Assembly: GCA_964016885.1 (NCBI GenBank)
Contig: OZ024742.1
Coordinates: 34,162,001 to 34,226,000 of the forward strand
Source of the DNA: Eledone cirrhosa
Lineage: Eukaryota
Direction of reading: 5' to 3'
DNA: 64,000 nt
The notes beneath the pieces are model-generated. The model worked only from the letters and a program-made list of their open reading frames with translations. It made no database searches and was not told the DNA's origin. Of the stretch, positions 59,340-64,000 are shown piece after piece. Position 1 is the stretch's first letter. Each line of letters begins with the position of its first letter. The position numbers and the translations under genes were made by a program.

Positions 59340-59680
59340 CTAGCTGAGTTACCCGGTAATACCCGAGAGCGGGGTTATTCCCAGTTCCCATTAAAATGCC
59401 CAATGACTCTCCATCCAAAAATGAAATCCAAATATAGGACAGATAATCAAAAGTGAAGACAAATTCATTTACGAAACAATAATACAAACAAATATTGTTG
59501 AATGCATTGGTCAGGCAAAATAATATTTTGTCAGAGAAGTTGAGTGTTGCTATAAGGAAGAAAATAGAACCCTCATTAGGGTGTCTTAATGTTATTGACA
59601 TTTGCTGAAATTTTGTGAATAGGCATCATATCTTGTCATTTACCTATGGTTTAAATTTCATATAAATCGAAGGGAAAATA
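59340..59680 (-). mobile_element. Helitron-like 3' fragment
   Basis: A|CTAG at 59340 followed by a CCCGGTAATACCCGAG hairpin-like motif; far boundary uncertain. Confidence 0.55.
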
Positions 59681-59769
59681 TTTTACAAGGTAAACAGAAA
59701 TAACAACACAATCGGTACAGTATATGGAAGGGATATATTAGGTTAACGCTTGATATAGCAGGAAGAGGG

Positions 59770-59805
59770 TCTTAACGTTTCGGACGCTATTCCTTCATTA
59801 GAAGA
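59770..59805 (-). ncRNA. Hammerhead relic (G5>A)
   Basis: TCTT-CTAATGA-AGGA(atagcg)TCC-GAAA-CGT-T-AAGA; next to a ~50-bp segment (59687-59738) that is duplicated at 58847-58897. Confidence 0.6.
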
Positions 59806-62800
59806 AAGAATGAGAAATAAGATAGATTGAGGGGACGGGCGGCTTGGAATTAGAAAAGATGTTTTATGTGTGTGCGTGTGTCTGTGTGTGTGTATTGTTG
59901 GCTTCGTTTTCTGAGTGCATTATGTGCGTATAGAGTATTCAATAATTTCTCTGCAGTAAAACACGCCCTATGTTTGTATGTCAATGTGCGTACATGTGTG
60001 TGTGTGTGTTTGTGTGCATACGTGTGTAATTGCACATGTGTGCGTGTGCGTCTTGCTGATATGTCTATGTTTATAATTCCGATACCTGTTTACAGATAAC
60101 CAACAAAATATTATCTACGAATTTCGATCAAACTACACCCCACCCCCTTTAAAATATGGGAGAGTTGGTAATGTAGTTGCGGGTTAAATATGGCTGAAAA
60201 TAAATACATGGAAAGCTCACGGATGGAATGATTTTCATGATAGGTTGGCTCAACCAGGGCCAATCTGTAGCAAATAATCAACAATAAGTTATATAAAGCC
60301 AAGCCGAATCAGGTAGCGAGACGTGAATGTTGTGACCATATATGCTAAGTACTAATGACGGAGTCTGAATCAGCCAGACTTCGGTTGCTAATTCTCTCTG
60401 AACCACAATGTGGGCGCATCATAAACGAATGTTTATGAAGTTCGCTGTATAACTATGAGGGACCGTATTAAAAAAATTGTATTTTACCAAAGCCTCGTTT
60501 CAACCCATGTCGTATAAAGGATATTGAGTTGAAGGAAAACTATGTGGAAGCCAGTCAGCCTTGTCACACTTCTTGCAGATTCTGTACGAAAATTACGTTA
60601 AATGGATACGTGTTTACAGAATAATCAATTACAGGTTAATTCAACGAGCTGGTAGTTCCGTTTGAATAAACAACTGAATACTCATCGTCGAAACCGACGG
60701 AATTCCATTTGCCCGCCCACTAACTCCAATTCCAACAAAGTCTTTGTATCTTTTAAGAATGATTTTCCAATAAATTTAATATCAGGTGATTAGATTAGCT
60801 TGTTGGTTTTGATTACATTCTATTAAATCTCTCGGAAGTAGTTTAGCTATAGGATATTCTGGACTTCAAAACGTTTTCATCTTATTGCCGCCGAATTTCC
60901 GATTGCTTGTGAAATTCTTGGCATTCAATCCCTCTTCGATTTCCGTAAGTATAGTAATCGAACTCACAGTCACATCGTCTCGAGATTATTTGGAATATAT
61001 TTGTTTCATTATTGTTTATTCATTTGAGTTATTTTATTTTGGTTCCATTTCTTTTGTTTGTTTATATTTCGTAGTTGACCTTATGATGTAGAAAAGAGTT
61101 GGTTTCAGTTCTCGGTTACACTGTAATCATCATCACCATACAAGAATCTGTCCTTTACATGTTCAATACCATGGATTACACCTAAGCTATCTACGGTTAT
61201 CTATATCATTGTACATGTTGGGAATCCAATCCTGTTCATGATGAATTGTAGAATACAAAGAGCTGGAACAAATATCGTAAGGCACCTTAACCCTTCTATG
61301 ATTCCTCGGCAATAGGCTGGTAATTTATTTATCGATCTCTGAAGGGGGAATCGGACGAATGATTAGATTTACCACTGACAAAAGGTATACAATCCATCTG
61401 GCCGGCTTTGATAACGTTTCTGTCAACGCAGTTTTATTCACAAGTCTTGTGTTGTCATAAAATTATAGTAGAACATACTTTCCTCAGGAATAATTTAATG
61501 GGATAAAATCTCCGCCATAATATCGTCAGACAACATCTTTAACCAGATAGAAATGCCTGCATAATCAAAAACTTATAATTGGAGAGGAGTCATTACTTAT
61601 TTGAAAAGTATGAAGTTAGGCTTATTCAGTCCTAGTTAACCTGGAATTAAGCAGTAACAACAGCTACAAGGAGGATAACGGCAACTACAACACCCTATAG
61701 AGGTTTTAAATACAAGGCTTGTTTTTAATATTTTCATGACTATAATTGTTTGCAGCAACGTGGAATGTTTACTAAATATAACTATTGAAACAGAGAATCT
61801 TGTAACTTAAACCATTAATACCACACCTACTGAAAACGCAGGTTTCTGAATTTTAGATATAGATATAGCTACTCTAATTATAAATTCCTGCCTTGAACAA
61901 TGAACCTTTTCATTCCCTTTAGTCATGATAATATTGTAGCGGCCAGTAATACAATTTGCTCATTTCATTTCTATTGTAAATATTGTGGCTCTTTCATATC
62001 CACAACTGCTGTAAATGACATGTAATGATTACCGTTTAACTAACCAATTAGTTAAAACTTCGACAGAACATATAGACAGAACATTATAATATCTAGAGGA
62101 TATAGATTTAATTGTTTACATTGAATTACTTAACCCTTCCAAATCTACATCAGTTGGCAGAACTTAGTAATATCAATGACATATAACAATGATAAACAAT
62201 ATATTGTTACATCATCGCATTATCATTTCCATACATAATTACTACTGCTAGGAATCATAATTTATTCAGTTTTTCAAATTTATATAATTCTGCAATTGAA
62301 TAACCGTATAAACTTTGCTACAGCGCTTGTCAACATACGTAATGTTTCTTACACATTATCTATTCCAACTTGAAATCTTATAGTAAATTAGTTAACCTAA
62401 AAAGAGAAAGCAAGTTATTTTACAATTGATTTCAAGTTTGTATGTTACCAGCTGCTTTGAACTCCAAAGGATTAATCGTCTAACACAGCTTATCATAGCG
62501 GTAATTGAAAACTACTCATGAGTATAATTGTTTTATTTTTCATGTAGCCTTTAACGAGTCGAATTAAGATCGATGATATTGGAAACACGTCACTTTGAGA
62601 TATATATGTTACTGACACAAAAAGAGATTATTGGTTGTAAGAAGGTTGATGTCAGGCTAGTCAAGATATGTTTGAATAGAATCTTCTTTAGATGAACAGT
62701 CTGGAAATGATATCAACTTGATTTTAAACTGAGAGTGGGGGACAAAACTCATAAATAATTGTACAAACCTGATATGGCATACTTACACATAAACAGATAA

Positions 62801-62840
62801 ACTCTCAGGCACATAACCAGACAGACAGACACACACACAG

Positions 62841-62872
<32 letters not shown>

Positions 62873-63070
62873 ACATACACGCACCCCCCCCCCCCCCCCG
62901 CCACATATATATATATATATATATATATAGTATTAGAGTTATTTAATTAATGTCCCCCACATTGGTATATTTCTTCTCGTAAGACATCGATTATTTCCAG
63001 AGTGATCAGTTATCAGAAGAATATATCTGTAGAATTTAAACTTGAAATATATATTTATTATTAGAATTTA

Positions 63071-63258
63071 GCTAAGGTGGATTGGCAGTATCGGTAGAGG
63101 GTCAGCCACCATGCTTTCCAGCATAGTTACGTCCCTTAACTATCTGAGTTCAAATCCCGCCGAGGTTAACTTTGCCTTTCATCCTTACGGGGTCGATAAA
63201 AAAAAGTACCAGTAATGTACTGGGTAATTGCTGGCCTTGTGCCAAAAAGTAGAAACAA
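63071..63258 (+). mobile_element. tRNA-derived SINE, full length
   Basis: A and B boxes; target-site duplication TTATTAGAATTTA (63058-63070 / 63259-63271). Confidence 0.9.
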
Positions 63259-63526
63259 TTATTAGAATTTAACTTCGGTATAGCTGTATACATATATGTA
63301 TGTGAATATCGTACATCTCAAGATCCACAGCTATGAATAGAAGGCTGACGGCCAGTACCGTCTAGCGGAATCCAGCAGAAACAAGGGGATAATTGTTTAT
63401 GCATTTCGAACTTAAATGGTTGTCGGCAAAGATTGCCTCATCCCTGTCTATTGCTGGACTTTAATATATAGCTAAACGGTGTACCAATATTTATTACCTT
63501 TTTCTATCTAAATAAGAATTGTAAAT

Positions 63527-63715
63527 TGGCAGAGTCGTTAGAGCATCGGATAAAAAGCTTTGCAACATTTTTTTCAGGATTTTATAAATTATGTTCTAAT
63601 CCCGCTGAGGTCAACTTCCCCTTTATACCTTCAGGAGACGATAAGATAAACTACCAGTAAAGTACTGCTAGCGATAAAATCGACTTTTCCCTCTGCTCCA
63701 AATTGGAAGCCATGT
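63527..63715 (+). mobile_element. Older, diverged copy of the tRNA-derived SINE
   Basis: TGGCAGAGTCGTTAGAGC head, 'aatcccgctgaggtcaactt' and 'taccagtaa'; a similar diverged minus-strand copy lies near 7795-7960. Confidence 0.7.
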
Positions 63716-64000
63716 AAATCAATATTTAATTTATTTTTCCTTTATATTTCTAAATGTATGCATTAATTATTCTTTCGAGAGAGGAACCGCATAAATTCCA
63801 TTAATTAATACTGTTTATTATTGACTACATAATTATTTCTAGTTAACATGATAATGATGTCTTCATTAACTCTTTAGCATTTACATTACTCTATATTTAC
63901 TATTGTATTTTCATGGTAAACACTTTATTTCACAAAATTATCTCACATAATATCGAATCTACGAGATTTTGATATTATTTATTTTGAGAACAATACCTTA

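Noticed and set aside
60853-60950. Possible + strand exon ending at GTAAGT (60945)
   Set aside because: Weak acceptor and unrecognised peptide; a donor hexamer alone is expected by chance.
63071-63165. tRNA gene
   Set aside because: The A and B boxes belong to a multi-copy SINE with a target-site duplication; no cloverleaf.

Overview
Eukaryotic, AT-rich, microsatellite-dense DNA. The SINE types and (TA)n/(CA)n/(TATG)n content resemble an octopus/coleoid cephalopod genome (inferred, not verified). I recognise no host protein-coding gene, rRNA, tRNA or CRISPR array; most ORF-track entries are microsatellite or antisense artefacts. The window is a graveyard of mobile elements. It holds four co-oriented, decayed L1/Tx1-type LINEs that end in (TATC)n/(TC)n, three decayed Penelope-like (Naiad-type RT + GIY-YIG) elements, two R4/Dong-like restriction-like-endonuclease LINE tails, and four copies of a ~600-bp non-autonomous RTE-like element in (TATG)n. 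There are also tRNA-derived SINEs, Helitron-like ends, a 75-bp Tc1/mariner-type MITE, and 31-bp, 19-bp and 57-bp tandem repeats. The most notable structure is a recurring set of fold-back (inverted-repeat) inserts in (TA)n tracts, together with about seven intact-to-decayed minimal type I hammerhead ribozyme motifs. Two of these motifs carry a U3-A8 core pair in place of C3-G8. Each retroelement family also appears to occupy its own microsatellite type.
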